A DNA stretch of 64,000 bases, taken from positions 80,010 through 144,009 of the forward strand of contig CAVXLF010000008.1 of the NCBI GenBank assembly GCA_963762585.1. Reading direction: 5' to 3'. The DNA comes from an uncultured Verrucomicrobiae bacterium (GTDB taxonomy: Bacteria; Verrucomicrobiota; Verrucomicrobiia; Limisphaerales; UBA11358). A model generated the notes under the pieces. It was not told the origin of the DNA. It did no database searches and was given only the letters and a program-made list of their open reading frames with translations. The position numbers and the translations under genes were made by a program. Positions 33,716 to 44,838 of the stretch are shown here, one piece after another; within the stretch, counting starts at the first letter, position 1, and each line of letters starts with the position of its first letter.

Positions 33716-36613
33716 ATGAAAACCACATCCGCCCGCTTTCTGCTCGTAATCCCCTTTCTGCTCGCCACCGCGGGTCTGAATTTGTCCGCCGCCGACAGCC
33801 AGTCGCCCCGCGAACGGTTGTTGATGGATTCCGGCTGGAAATTTCATCTGGGCAACGAATGGGGCATCGGCCAAAACCTGTCCAAGGCCGCCAACGGCAA
33901 CGGCCCCGCCAGTTCCGCCTTCAGTGATGCAAGCTGGCGCACGGTCAATCTGCCCCATGATTGGGCCATTGAACTGCCGTTTGCCCAGAACGCCGATGGC
34001 TCGCACGGCTACAAAGCCCTGGGCTCTGGTTTTCCCGCCAACAGCGTCGCGTGGTACCGGCGCACGTTTGAATTGCCGAAAGCCGATGCCGGCAAACGAT
34101 TGTCGCTGGAGTTCGACGGCGTGTATCGCAATTGCGACGTCTTTGTGAACGGCTGGTTCATCGGCCATCATGACAGCGGCTACAGCCGGTTCCGCGATGA
34201 CATCACCGATGTGGCCAATTATGGCGGCACCAATGTCGTCGCCGTGAAAGTGGACGCTTCGGATTTCGAGGGCTGGTTTTACGAAGGGGCCGGCATTTAC
34301 CGGCATGTATGGCTGGTGAAAGCCAGCCCGGTGGCCATTGCGCCTGATGGCATTTTTGTTTTCAGCCGGTTCAAAAACAACGTGCCGGAAGGGCCGGCGG
34401 AAATTCACATTCAAACCCGGCTCGCCAACGCCCAGGCCACGCCGGCCCAGGTCGAAGTGAAATACAGCATCATTGATCCCCACGGCGACATCGTCGCCAC
34501 GCTGCGCCAGGCCGGGCAAATCGAGGCGACAGCCAGGCTCGACCTCGAACAAACCAGGCCGATCAGCACGCCCATCCTGTGGTCGCCGGAATCCCCCCAA
34601 CTCTACAAGCTGGTCACCACCGTTGAAAGCAGCGGGCAGGTGGTGGACCGGCAGGAAACCGAATTTGGCATCCGCACCGTCGCTTTTGATCCGCAAAAAG
34701 GATTTTTACTGAACGGACAGCCCTACCAGATCAAGGGCACCTGCAATCACCAGGACATGGCGGGCGTCGGGGTGGCAGTGCCGGACGCGTTGCAATATTT
34801 TCGCGTGAAGAAATTGAAGGAGATGGGCTGCAACGCGGATCGCACCTCGCACAATGCGCCCACGCCGGAATTGCTCGACGCCTGCGACCGGCTCGGCCTG
34901 CTGGTCTTGGACGAAAATCGCCTGGTCGGCAGCGACCCGGCCAATCTGGCGCGCCTGCAGGACCAAATCCAGCGGGACCGGAATCACCCGAGCGTTTTTG
35001 CCTGGTCGCTGGGAAATGAAGAATGGAACGCCCAGGGGACGGCGCAGGGGGCGGCGGTCATTCAAACCATGCAGAACCTCGCGCACGATCTGGACCCCAC
35101 CCGCGAATGCACCGCGGCCATCAACAGCTCGTACGGCGACTCGGGCTTCATCACCGTCCTCGACGTCAAAGGCTTCAATTACAACCTGGGCAGCATGGAC
35201 GATTATCACGCCAAACATCTGGACTCGAAATATCTGGGAACCGAAACCGCCAGCACGGTGTCGACCCGCGGCATCTACACCAATGACACCGCCAAAGGTT
35301 ACGTAAGCGCCTACGACCTTGTCCCGCTCACCGGTGTGCCCACTCCCCCTACCTGGACTTCGACCGCGGAAGAATGGTGGTCCTTTTATGACGCCCGGCC
35401 CTGGTCGTCCGGCGGTTTTGCCTGGACGGGATTTGATTATCGCGGGGAACCGACGCCCTATTGGTGGCCCTGCATCAATTCGCACTTCGGCATCATGGAC
35501 ATGTGCGGGTTTCCCAAGGACAACTATTATTATTATCAGGCCTGGTGGACGGACAAACCGGTGCTGCATCTGCTGCCGCACTGGAACTGGCCCGGCCGGG
35601 AAGGCAGGAACATTGACGTGTGGTGCTACAGCAATTGCAAGGAAGTGGAATTGTTTTTGAACGGCCAAAGTCTCGGCCGGAAAACGGTGAAAAAAGATTC
35701 ACACCTGGAATGGCAGGTCCCCTACGCGCCCGGCACGCTCTCAGCCAAAGGTTACACGGACGGCAAAGTGATTGCGGAAACGAAGGTGGAAACCACCGGC
35801 GCACCCGCCGCCGTTCAATTGACGCCCGATCGCTCAAACCTCAGCGCCGATGGCGAGGACGTCAGCGCCGTCACCGTCTCCGTGACCGACTCCGAAGGGC
35901 GCGTCGTGCCGGTCGCCTCAAATCTGATTCATTTTGCCGTGGACGGCCCGGGCCGGATTCTGGGCGTGGGCAACGGCGACCCCAGCTGCCACGAGCCGGA
36001 CGTGTATCTCACGCGGCCGCCCGTTCACGCCACCGGCTTGAACGATGGCTGGCACTGGAAATTGTTGCCGGACGTGCGCAACGAAAATTTGCCGGAATTG
36101 AAACCGGACTTTGACGATTCAAGCTGGGCTTCCGCCAATCCCCAATCCGAGAGCGGCCCGTTGAAGGAGAACGAACAGGCCGTGTTCCGCGCGAAAATCA
36201 CCGTGACCCAGGAGGAACTGGCCGCGCCGGCGGTTCAATTGCATTTCGGCCGGATTGATGACGACGGCTGGATTTATGTGAACGGCCAGAAAGTGGGCGA
36301 GTCGCATGACTGGCAGGCTACGCCCACATTTGACGTGAAACCGGTTTTGCATCCGGGCGAGAATACCATCGTCGTGGCGGTGGTGAACCGTTACGGCGGC
36401 GGCGGCATCAATCTGGGAGTCGAACTGGATACTCCTTCAACCCCGGAACCCGCCGATTGGCAGCGCAGTGCCTTTAACGGCCTGGCACAGGTTTTGGTGC
36501 AATCCACCAAAGCATCGGGTGAAATCAAATTGACCGCCCAAGCGGAAGGATTGTCGCCGGCAACGGCGGTGATTCAGTCCCTGCCCGGCACCCTGCGCCC
36601 CAGCGTGCCGTGA
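33716..36613 (+). CDS. glycoside hydrolase family 2 (beta-galactosidase-like), secreted
   Basis: Signal 'MKTTSARFLLVIPFLLATAGLNLSAA'. 'WRTVNLPHDWAIE', 'FDGVYRNCDVFVNGW', 'GTCNHQDMAGVGVAVPD', 'RTSHNAPTPELLDACDRLGLLVLDE', 'NHPSVFAWSLGNEEW'. An alternative in-frame start exists at 33626. Confidence 0.85.
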   Translation: MKTTSARFLLVIPFLLATAGLNLSAADSQSPRERLLMDSGWKFHLGNEWGIGQNLSKAANGNGPASSAFSDASWRTVNLPHDWAIELPFAQNADGSHGYKALGSGFPANSVAWYRRTFELPKADAGKRLSLEFDGVYRNCDVFVNGWFIGHHDSGYSRFRDDITDVANYGGTNVVAVKVDASDFEGWFYEGAGIYRHVWLVKASPVAIAPDGIFVFSRFKNNVPEGPAEIHIQTRLANAQATPAQVEVKYSIIDPHGDIVATLRQAGQIEATARLDLEQTRPISTPILWSPESPQLYKLVTTVESSGQVVDRQETEFGIRTVAFDPQKGFLLNGQPYQIKGTCNHQDMAGVGVAVPDALQYFRVKKLKEMGCNADRTSHNAPTPELLDACDRLGLLVLDENRLVGSDPANLARLQDQIQRDRNHPSVFAWSLGNEEWNAQGTAQGAAVIQTMQNLAHDLDPTRECTAAINSSYGDSGFITVLDVKGFNYNLGSMDDYHAKHLDSKYLGTETASTVSTRGIYTNDTAKGYVSAYDLVPLTGVPTPPTWTSTAEEWWSFYDARPWSSGGFAWTGFDYRGEPTPYWWPCINSHFGIMDMCGFPKDNYYYYQAWWTDKPVLHLLPHWNWPGREGRNIDVWCYSNCKEVELFLNGQSLGRKTVKKDSHLEWQVPYAPGTLSAKGYTDGKVIAETKVETTGAPAAVQLTPDRSNLSADGEDVSAVTVSVTDSEGRVVPVASNLIHFAVDGPGRILGVGNGDPSCHEPDVYLTRPPVHATGLNDGWHWKLLPDVRNENLPELKPDFDDSSWASANPQSESGPLKENEQAVFRAKITVTQEELAAPAVQLHFGRIDDDGWIYVNGQKVGESHDWQATPTFDVKPVLHPGENTIVVAVVNRYGGGGINLGVELDTPSTPEPADWQRSAFNGLAQVLVQSTKASGEIKLTAQAEGLSPATAVIQSLPGTLRPSVP

Positions 36614-36620
36614 CGGAAAT

Positions 36621-38390
36621 TTAGTCGAGGTCCAGATCCTCGATTTCCAAAAATCCGTGCAACTGGCGGATGCGGGTGGGATGGCGCATTTTGCGAAGCG
36701 CCTTGGCCTCGATTTGCCGGATGCGTTCGCGCGTGACCCGGAATTGCTGGCCAACCTCCTCCAGCGTGCGCGCGCAGCCGTCGCCGATGCCAAAGCGCAA
36801 TTCCAGCACCTTCCGCTCACGCTCGGTCAGGCTGCACAGCACGTCGCCCAGCCGGTCCTTCAGCAAACTGAAGCTGGTCATGTCGAGGGGATTGTCGGCG
36901 CCCTTGTCCTCGATGAAATCGCCGAAATTGGCATCGTCGGTGTCACCGACCGGTGATTGGAGGGAAATGGGCTGCTGGGACATTTTCAACACCGCGCGGA
37001 TGCGTTCCACGGGGATTTGCATGTCTTCGGCAATTTCCTCCGGCGTCGGCTCGCGGCCAAGATCCTGCAGCAAACGTTTCTGCGAGCGCATCAGCTTGTT
37101 GATGATTTCGATCATGTGCACCGGAATGCGGATGGTGCGCGCCTGATCGGCGATGCTGCGCGTGATGGCCTGGCGGATCCACCAGGTCGCGTAGGTGGAA
37201 AATTTGTAGCCGCGACGGTACTCGAATTTTTCGACGGCCTTCATCAGACCCATGTTGCCCTCCTGGATCAAATCCAGGAACGACAGCCCGCGGTTGGTGT
37301 ATTTTTTGGCGATGGAGATGACCAGACGCAGGTTGGCCTCCACCATCTCGGTTTTGGCCTGCAACGCCTGGTCGGAAAAGGCGCGCAGCCGGTCGAAGGT
37401 TTTGAGATAATCCGCACACGGCATCCGGACAAACTCCTCCAGCGCCTTGATTTTCTGCCGTTCCGCCTCCACGAGATGCTGTTGCGCGATGGATTCACGC
37501 TGCGCCTCGGTTTCCGCCAGGGCGTGCAGGCTGTATTGCAGTTTGTCGTGAATGTTCTCAGCCACCAGCGCCATCTCCTCAATGACCTTGTGTTTGTAAT
37601 AGAATTTGGGAAATGCCAGCCGCAATTTTTGATCGAGCCGTTTGAACACCGTCTGGGCGCGACGGCGCAGAACCCCGGCATGGGCGTTCCGCCAGGCGGC
37701 ATATTTATGATCCACCTCCAGATCGGCTTCGTGAACGCGCGCGGTGAGCTTGCGCAGCCCCTGCAGGTGCGCGTTGCGGTTGTCCACCTTTTTGTCAAGA
37801 ATGACCCGGTCGAAACGTTCGCGCGGCGGTTCGGCCAGAAGTTTTTCCGCCAAGGCAATGTGTTCCTTGCCGGCAAAACCGAGACAGTAAATGATCTTGC
37901 GGACCTCGTTTTCCGCCGCCTCGATGCGCTTGGAGATTTCGACCTCCTGGGCACGCGTCAGCAGCGCCACCTGCCCCATTTGCTTCAGATACATGCGCAC
38001 CGGATCATCGAGCGCATCCAGCCGGCTGGTGTCGTCCTCCTCGGACTCGGCGGTTTTGACCCGATCCACCTCCGCCTGGTCCACAATGTCAATCTCCAGG
38101 CTGCGCAGCTTGCCGAAAATCTCATCCAACTCCGGTTCCGTGACGTTGTCCGGCAACGCATCGCTGATGTCGTTGTAGGTCAAATGCCCCTGCTCCTGCG
38201 ACAGCCGGACCAGTTCCTTGATTATTTCCGGAAGATTGGCGCCGCCCGGCAAATTGGGCGAAGTGCCGTTGGATGATCCGTCGGGGACCGGCCCCGACCG
38301 GGGTTGCCGGGGCGTGGTGGTGCTGCGCGCCACCCTTCCCGGGGTGGAATCCGCCCCGGTTTTACAAACCTTCAATTTCGACATACGCAC
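36621..38390 (-). CDS. rpoD: primary RNA polymerase sigma factor RpoD
   Basis: '[23 protein letters not shown]', '[75 protein letters not shown]', '[30 protein letters not shown]'. Confidence 0.95.
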   Translation of the reverse strand: MRMSKLKVCKTGADSTPGRVARSTTTPRQPRSGPVPDGSSNGTSPNLPGGANLPEIIKELVRLSQEQGHLTYNDISDALPDNVTEPELDEIFGKLRSLEIDIVDQAEVDRVKTAESEEDDTSRLDALDDPVRMYLKQMGQVALLTRAQEVEISKRIEAAENEVRKIIYCLGFAGKEHIALAEKLLAEPPRERFDRVILDKKVDNRNAHLQGLRKLTARVHEADLEVDHKYAAWRNAHAGVLRRRAQTVFKRLDQKLRLAFPKFYYKHKVIEEMALVAENIHDKLQYSLHALAETEAQRESIAQQHLVEAERQKIKALEEFVRMPCADYLKTFDRLRAFSDQALQAKTEMVEANLRLVISIAKKYTNRGLSFLDLIQEGNMGLMKAVEKFEYRRGYKFSTYATWWIRQAITRSIADQARTIRIPVHMIEIINKLMRSQKRLLQDLGREPTPEEIAEDMQIPVERIRAVLKMSQQPISLQSPVGDTDDANFGDFIEDKGADNPLDMTSFSLLKDRLGDVLCSLTERERKVLELRFGIGDGCARTLEEVGQQFRVTRERIRQIEAKALRKMRHPTRIRQLHGFLEIEDLDLD

Positions 38391-38477
38391 TCAACACTCC
38401 CAATTCATTGACCAAGGCGGACGTAAACAGGGAAACACCCGTTCCGTTTCGTCAAGCGGGGAAACGTCATGCTAAAA

Positions 38478-39842
38478 TCATTTTTCCGGCACAATGTAAA
38501 TCCCACGGCCCTCCAGATTTTTTAAAATCATATCCACCGTCCGGCCCACCGCTCCCAGATTTTCCCGGACCACCCGGATCGCATTGCGCCGCAATTCCTC
38601 GCGCCGGTTTTCATCCGCAAGCAATTCCGCAATCGTGGTTTCCAAGGCGGTCACGCTGTCCACCTGGACGGCCGCGTTCTGGGCGACGAAATTCCGCGCA
38701 ATGTCTGTGAAATTTTGCATGTTCGGCCCGAATACCATGGCCTTGCCCGCCGCCCCCGGCTCAATTGGGTTCTGCCCGCCAACCGCCGTGAGACTCTTGC
38801 CAACGAATACTAGTGTCGCATGTTCATAGAAGAAACGCAACTCGCCGGTCGTGTTGACGAGCAGACATTCGACCTGCCCCTCGTGAAATCGAGAACTGGC
38901 GCGGATTTCATTGCGATAAGCAAATTTAATTCCCCGCTCTTGCAACTGCCGTCCCACCTCACGGCACCGCTCAAAATGCCGGGGCACCAGCACGAGAAAC
39001 AGCTTGGGAAACAGCCCGCGCAGCCGCCGCGCGATGTCCGCCAGGGCCAGTTCCTCGCCCGCGTGGGTGCTGCCGCCCACCAGGATCGGCGCGTCGGGCG
39101 CCACACCGATCTGCCGCAACAACGACGGCACGTCGAGCCGGCGATGGCCGTCAATTTTGGCCGCGTCAAATTTCAAATTGCCCACGACCCGGATGGCCTC
39201 AGGCCGGCACCCGATTTTTCGCAACCGTTCGGCGTCGGCATCATTTTGCGCGCTGACGCCCATAAACAAGGCGAAGAGCGGGCGAAATATTGACTCGAAC
39301 CGCTGGTAACCGCGATAGGAGCGGTCGGACAACCGGGCATTGGCCAAAAACAAGGGAATGCGCAGATCACTCGCACGCCACAGAAAGTTCGGCCAGATTT
39401 CCGCCTCAAACAGCACTATGGCCACGGGGTGCATGGTGCTAAACGCGCGGATGACGGATCGCCGCCCGTCAATCGGATAGTAAATTTTGCTGATGTGCTC
39501 AGGCAAATGCCGGCGCAATTCGGCCATGCCGGTCGTGGTCGTGGTCGACACCACAATTTTCATGTTGGGCACGCGCGGCTGAAGGGCACGGATGAGCTGC
39601 GTGCAAAGATTGACCTCGCCGACACTGACGGCATGGAGCCAGAGCACCTGCCGGTTGGTCAGCGCCTGTTTGAGGTTCCGGTTGTAATAGCCGAAGCGTT
39701 CCAGAAAGCCGGGCTGCCAGTCGCCCCGACGCCACATCCGCAGGAAATAATACGGCGTGGTCAGCACGAAAAATATCGTGAACAGAATGTTGTAAAGTGT
39801 GCGCACTCCGATATTAAATGGAACAGTCCTATTTTCCCGCAA
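38478..39842 (-). CDS. waaA: 3-deoxy-D-manno-octulosonic acid (Kdo) transferase
   Basis: 'LWLHAVSVGEVNLCTQLIRAL', 'EAEIWPNFL', 'LVPRHFERC', 'VFVGKSLTAVGGQNPIEPGAAGKAMVFGPNMQNF'. Confidence 0.85.
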   Translation of the reverse strand: MRENRTVPFNIGVRTLYNILFTIFFVLTTPYYFLRMWRRGDWQPGFLERFGYYNRNLKQALTNRQVLWLHAVSVGEVNLCTQLIRALQPRVPNMKIVVSTTTTTGMAELRRHLPEHISKIYYPIDGRRSVIRAFSTMHPVAIVLFEAEIWPNFLWRASDLRIPLFLANARLSDRSYRGYQRFESIFRPLFALFMGVSAQNDADAERLRKIGCRPEAIRVVGNLKFDAAKIDGHRRLDVPSLLRQIGVAPDAPILVGGSTHAGEELALADIARRLRGLFPKLFLVLVPRHFERCREVGRQLQERGIKFAYRNEIRASSRFHEGQVECLLVNTTGELRFFYEHATLVFVGKSLTAVGGQNPIEPGAAGKAMVFGPNMQNFTDIARNFVAQNAAVQVDSVTALETTIAELLADENRREELRRNAIRVVRENLGAVGRTVDMILKNLEGRGIYIVPEK

Positions 39843-39874
39843 ACCGGCGCGGCGCGCAAAGAAAATGTTTCAAA

Positions 39875-41143
39875 TCAATCGCGAAAGAAAATCACCCACA
39901 CCGCCAACAGCATCGGCAACAGGAACGGCAGGGTGAATTTTCCAATAAATCCCGGAAACGTCGGCGTGCGGACTTTTTCATGGTCGGCAATGGTCTTGAC
40001 CATGAAATTAGGCCCGTTGCCGATGTAGGTGGCCGCGCCAAAAAAAACCGCCCCGACACTGATGGCCACCAGATTCAAGGCATTCCCGCCCAATAATTCC
40101 CCCATTCCCTTCGCGCCACTCGTGCCAAAGAGCGCGCTCAAAAAACTGAGATACGTCGGCGCGTTGTCGAGCATGCCGGACAACAGGCCCGTGCCAAAAT
40201 AAAAAACTCCCGGCGCCGGGTGCGCCCCCAGCAACGTCCGCGCGTTCAAATCCAGCCAGTCGAGCGCGGGAATCATCGTGGCAAAAATGCCGAGGAATAA
40301 AACCGCCACCTCCTGAATCGGATGGAAATGAAACCGGTTGGCCTCGTGCACCGATCGGGCGGTTGTGAAATAGGAGCCCAGCGCGGCGGCCAGCAGGATT
40401 CCTTCGCGCAGATAAACCGGCTGGTGGATGAACACCGCGCCCAGAATGACGGCCAGAAAAAATAAATTGGCCAGCCCATCGAATTTCCAGGTTTCCGGCG
40501 CCGTTTCGATTTGACGAATTTCCCGCGGTGCCCGGCTGTAGTTGAGCCGGTCCACGACATAAAATATCGCCAGCAGGATTCCGACGCCCGTCATCCACAT
40601 CGGCCAGCAATGTTCCGCCACCCACCAAAATGGAACCCCCTGCAAATAACCCAAAAACAACGGCGGATCGCCGATGGGCGTCAGGCAGCCGCCCACGTTC
40701 GCCACGATGAAAATGAAAAAAACGATGTGGTGCGCCGTGACGCGGTATCGGTTCATCCGGATCCACGGACGGATCAGGAGCATGGCCGCGCCGGTGGTGC
40801 CCAGAAAGTTTGCCAGGACGGCACCCACGAGCAAAAACACCACATTGGTCAGCGGCGTCGCCTCGCCTTTCACGTTGATGTGAATGCCGCCGGAAACCAC
40901 AAACAAGGAGCCGACCAGCATGATGAAACAGATATAATCATGCGCCACATGCAGCACCCGGTCCGGCGCCCCCAAAACCAAAAGATAATAGCCCAACGTA
41001 ATGCCGCCAAGGCCCAGCGCGACCTTGGGATAATGCCGCGACCACCAATCCGGGACAAACAACGGCGCCAGCGCGATGGTGCCGAGCAACAACCCAAACG
41101 GCAGCAGCATCCAGGGATTGGGCGCAATGATGTTTCCGCTCAT
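39875..41143 (-). CDS. ArsB/NhaD-superfamily permease (sodium:proton antiporter-like)
   Basis: Start at 'MSGNIIAPNPWMLLPFGLLLGTIALAPL'. About 10-12 hydrophobic segments. 'GGCLTPIGDPPLFLGY', 'MLDNAPTYLSF', 'ATYIGNGPNFMV'. Confidence 0.6.
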   Translation of the reverse strand: MSGNIIAPNPWMLLPFGLLLGTIALAPLFVPDWWSRHYPKVALGLGGITLGYYLLVLGAPDRVLHVAHDYICFIMLVGSLFVVSGGIHINVKGEATPLTNVVFLLVGAVLANFLGTTGAAMLLIRPWIRMNRYRVTAHHIVFFIFIVANVGGCLTPIGDPPLFLGYLQGVPFWWVAEHCWPMWMTGVGILLAIFYVVDRLNYSRAPREIRQIETAPETWKFDGLANLFFLAVILGAVFIHQPVYLREGILLAAALGSYFTTARSVHEANRFHFHPIQEVAVLFLGIFATMIPALDWLDLNARTLLGAHPAPGVFYFGTGLLSGMLDNAPTYLSFLSALFGTSGAKGMGELLGGNALNLVAISVGAVFFGAATYIGNGPNFMVKTIADHEKVRTPTFPGFIGKFTLPFLLPMLLAVWVIFFRD

Positions 41144-41329
41144 GCGCCGGAAGCTTGTGCGGTGGAAGGAAACCAGGTCAAACAGAAACGTCCACCGCTT
41201 GACGGCTGGCCCGGCCGCTGCGACCTTCCTCCAGCTTGGCGCAAAACGCGACAGCGTCGGCGGCAGGCCATTTGTTCGCTGATATCGCACACTCTCCCGC
41301 TGTGCAGTCCCTGGCGCAGCGATTGGAGC

Positions 41330-44300
41330 ATGGCGGAGCGCTGCCCGTTGAACGGCGTTTGCCGGGCGGCACAACCTTTCCTTGCGGTTCTGCTGCAAGC
41401 CATTTTCCCCCGTCGGCCACTGGTCATCGTCGCCGCCGGATTTGAAAACGCAGGAAAGTTTTCAACAGGATATTGAAACCTGGCTGCAAATTCGAGTCCC
41501 CCGCCGAAACCCCAAAGCCCAAGGCTGGCAATCCACAACCGCCCGCTCCCGGCTCCCGGCTGCTGTTTTACCCCGCCTGGGAATTTTTTCCCCACGAAGG
41601 CAAGCTCCCGCATGCCGATACCATCAGTGACCGCCTTCAAACGCTGGTTGCCCTGTCCACCCAATCCGCCCAATCCGCCCTCCGCCCTCCGCTCTCCGCC
41701 CTGGTCGTCACCAGCGTCACCGCCCTGCTCCAGAAGACCTTTCCGCCCGGCGAAATCCAAAAGCGCACGCGCCAATGTCAACGCGGGGACCAAATCAATC
41801 CCCTGGATCTGATCGAATGGCTCGAAGAACAGGGCTATGAGCCGGAAGCCCAGGTCACCCAGAAAGGTGAAATCGCCCTGCGCGGCGGCATCCTCGATGT
41901 CTGGCCGCTGACCAGCCCGTGGCCCGCCCGGCTGGAATTCTTTGGCGACGAACTTGAATCGCTCCGCCACTTTGATCCGCTCACACAGATTTCGCGCCAG
42001 GAGGTTTCGGGCATCACCATCCCGCCCGGCGGCGAACTGGGAATTTTAAAGGCCGAAGTTCAAAGTCCGGAGCACAAAAATCCCAGGTTGGCAACGCTGC
42101 TCGACCATCTGCCGCGCGAAACCATTTTTCTCCTGTGCGAGCCGGAACAACTGGCAGCGCGGGCCGGTGATTACCAGTCGCAAATTCCCGACGGCGACCG
42201 GTTCCTGATTCCGTGGGAAAAATTCCTCGCCGACCTCGACCAACGCGGCATGACGCGACTGGATCTAAGCGAAGAAGATGTTCAACCCACCATCGCCGCA
42301 CCCGGCCAGCCGGCCACCCTTTCTCCGCTGCGCGGGGAGAAGGACGGGGCGAGGGGCACGACATTATTTTCCTCACTCGATGCCTACCGTCCGCTGGCCG
42401 AACGCGCACCCGAACTGCCAATTGCCGAGGCGCAGCGCCGCGAATTTTTCCATCAGCTTCACCGCTGGCTGCGGCAGGACTATGCCGTCCACGTCTTTTG
42501 CAACAACGACGGTGAAAGGCAGCGATTCAACGAAATTTGGGCGGAATGGGGCGTCGGCTCCGGCGTCCCGGGTCCGGAAAAGGATGCCCTCACGGTAAAT
42601 CCCCAGACGCCGGACGCCGGACCCCGGACGCGAATTGGTTCGCTTGCCCGCGGTTTCATTTGCGAGGATGCCAAACTTGTCGTCGTCACCGACGCGGAGA
42701 TTTTTGGCCGCTATAAAATCCAGCGCCCGCGCCGGCTGAAATCGCCGCAGGCGCTCGCCATCCGCTCCGCCCTCGACATTGATTTCACCGAACTGGAGGA
42801 AGGTGACCTCGTCGTCCACCTCCAGTACGGCATCGGCCGTTTTCTCGGCCTGAAAACCCTGCCGGCTTCCAGCCGTTCCCACGGCTCCCCGCTTCCGGCG
42901 CCGGACTCCGAAACCGAATGTCTGGTGATTGAGTATGCGCCGGCCAATCCCGGTGACGAACCGCCGAAACTCTACGTGCCGGTGACCGAAGCGCATCTGG
43001 TCGGCAAATACGTCGGCGCCGGCAAGGCGCATCCGCCTTTGAACACCCTTGGCGGCACCCGCTGGCGCAAGGCCAGGGAACAGGCCGAACGCGCCGTGCG
43101 CGATGTTGCCGCTGAATTACTGCAAATCCAGGCCGTGCGCGAATCCCAGCCCGGCCACGCCTTCAAACCGGATGCGCCCTGGCAGCGCGAGTTTGAAAGC
43201 GCCTTCATTTTCGAGGAAACCCCCGATCAATGGCGCGCCATTCAGGAAACCAAATCCGACATGGAAAAACCCAAGCCGATGGACCGCCTGATTTGCGGCG
43301 ACGTCGGCTTTGGCAAAACCGAGGTCGCCATCCGCGCCGCGTTCAAGGCTGTGATGGACGGAAAGCAGGTCGCCGTACTGGTGCCCACAACCGTGCTGGC
43401 GCAGCAACATTTCAACACGTTCCGCGAGCGCCTGGCTGATTATCCCATTCGCATCGAATTGCTTTCGCGCTTTCGCACCCGGCGCCAGCAACAACGCGTC
43501 GTCAAAGATCTGGCCCACGGCGCCGTGGACATGGTCATCGGCACGCACCGGCTGATTCAGAACGACATCCTTTTCAAGGACCTCGGCCTCGTGGTGATTG
43601 ATGAGGAGCAGCGGTTCGGCGTGTTGCACAAGGAAAAGTTCAAACGGCTGCGCACACAGGTGGACGTGCTCACGCTCAGCGCCACGCCCATTCCCCGCAC
43701 GCTTTACCTCGCGCTCACCGGTGCGCGCGACATGAGCACCATCCAGACCCCGCCGCATGACCGGCTGCCGGTCGAGACCATTGTTACCCAGTTCGACGAG
43801 CGCGTCATCCGCGATGCCATCCAGCGCGAGTTGAATCGCGGCGGGCAGGTTTTTTTCCTGCACAATCGCGTAATGACGATTCAAGCCATGGCCGACCGCC
43901 TGAAACGGCTTCTGCCCCACGCGCGCCTGGTCATTGGTCACGGCCAGATGGATGCGGACGAACTGGAAGCGGTCATGACCCAATTCGTCAATGGCAAGGC
44001 GGATGTCCTGCTGTCCACCACCATCATCGAGAGCGGCCTGGATATTCCAAACGCGAACACCATCATCATCGACCGCGCCGACCGGTTTGGCCTGAGCGAC
44101 CTTTACCAGTTGCGCGGGCGGGTCGGGCGTTACAAGCACCAGGCCTATGCCTATTTGCTGTTGCCGCGCCACGTAAGCCTGCTCACCGATGTGCGCAAAC
44201 GCATCAGCGCCATCCGGCAATATTCCACGCTGGGCAGCGGGTTTAAAATTGCCATGCGCGACCTTGAGATCCGCGGCGCCGGCAATCTGCTCGGCTCGGA

Positions 44301-44838
44301 ACAAAGCGGCCACATCACCGCCATCGGTTTCGAGCTTTACTGCCAGTTGCTCAAGCAAAGTGTTTCATCGCTCAAGGGTGAAAAAATAAAACCGAGGGTG
44401 GAAGTGAGCGTGAAATTGGAGTTCTTGGACCAGTCAGCAGTCAGTGGTCAACCGTCAGTCGCTACTGACTACAAACCACCGACTACCGACAAATCTGCCT
44501 CCCTGCCCCACACCTATGTCACCGAACCGCAGCACCGCATCGAAATCTACCGCAAACTCGCTCAGGCTGCGGATAAATCGGCGCTGGAAAGTTTGCAAAC
44601 GGAAATGCGCGACCGCTTTGGCCCGTTGCCGCCGCCGGCGGAATTGCTGCTGCTGGTGGCCGAATTGAAAATTCTCGCCAGCGAAAAATCTGTGACTGTA
44701 ATCGAGGTCAAGGAAGACAAGTTGATGCTCACGCGCCATGGCGATTTCATCACGCTGGGCGGCAAATTTCCCAGGCTCACCAAAAAAGAGGCCAAAGCGA
44801 GACTAAAAGAAATCAAACGGCTGCTGCTGGCGATTTAG
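41330..44838 (+). CDS. mfd: transcription-repair coupling factor Mfd (main frame 41473..44838; first ~55 codons need two +1 frame corrections)
   Basis: Helicase '[21 protein letters not shown]', '[12 protein letters not shown]', '[12 protein letters not shown]', '[11 protein letters not shown]', '[11 protein letters not shown]'. N-terminus is spread over three frames: '[37 protein letters not shown]', then '[16 protein letters not shown]', then '[29 protein letters not shown]'. Confidence 0.85.
41661..41699 (+). repeat. CAATCCGCC x2 plus CCTCCGC-type heptamers x3 inside mfd
   Basis: 'CCAATCCGC CCAATCCGC CCTCCGC CCTCCGC TCTCCGC', translated '[13 protein letters not shown]'. Confidence 0.6.
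42604..42631 (+). repeat. four CGGACGC-type heptamers inside mfd
   Basis: Units CAGACGC CGGACGC CGGACCC CGGACGC, translated 'QTPDAGPRT'. Confidence 0.6.
44431..44493 (+). repeat. nine heptamers (CAGTCAG type) forming an imperfect hairpin inside mfd
   Basis: Units CAGTCAG CAGTCAG TGGTCAA CCGTCAG TCGCTAC TGACTAC AAACCAC CGACTAC CGACAAA. Total 63 nt = 21 codons, '[21 protein letters not shown]'. The second half is roughly the reverse complement of the first. Confidence 0.7.

Noticed and set aside
40511-41476. A 321-aa plus-strand ORF overlapping the NhaD-like permease gene.
   Set aside because: Most of it is antisense to a clear membrane-protein gene and is Arg/His/Gln-rich. Only its last ~48 codons (from the ATG at 41330) look genuine, and those are interpreted as the displaced N-terminus of mfd.
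44835-44838. Convergent mfd and RlmI-like genes with overlapping stop codons (plus TAG, minus TAA sharing 'TTAG').
   Set aside because: This is real but trivial. Such compact convergent ends are common and imply nothing beyond the absence of an intergenic terminator.
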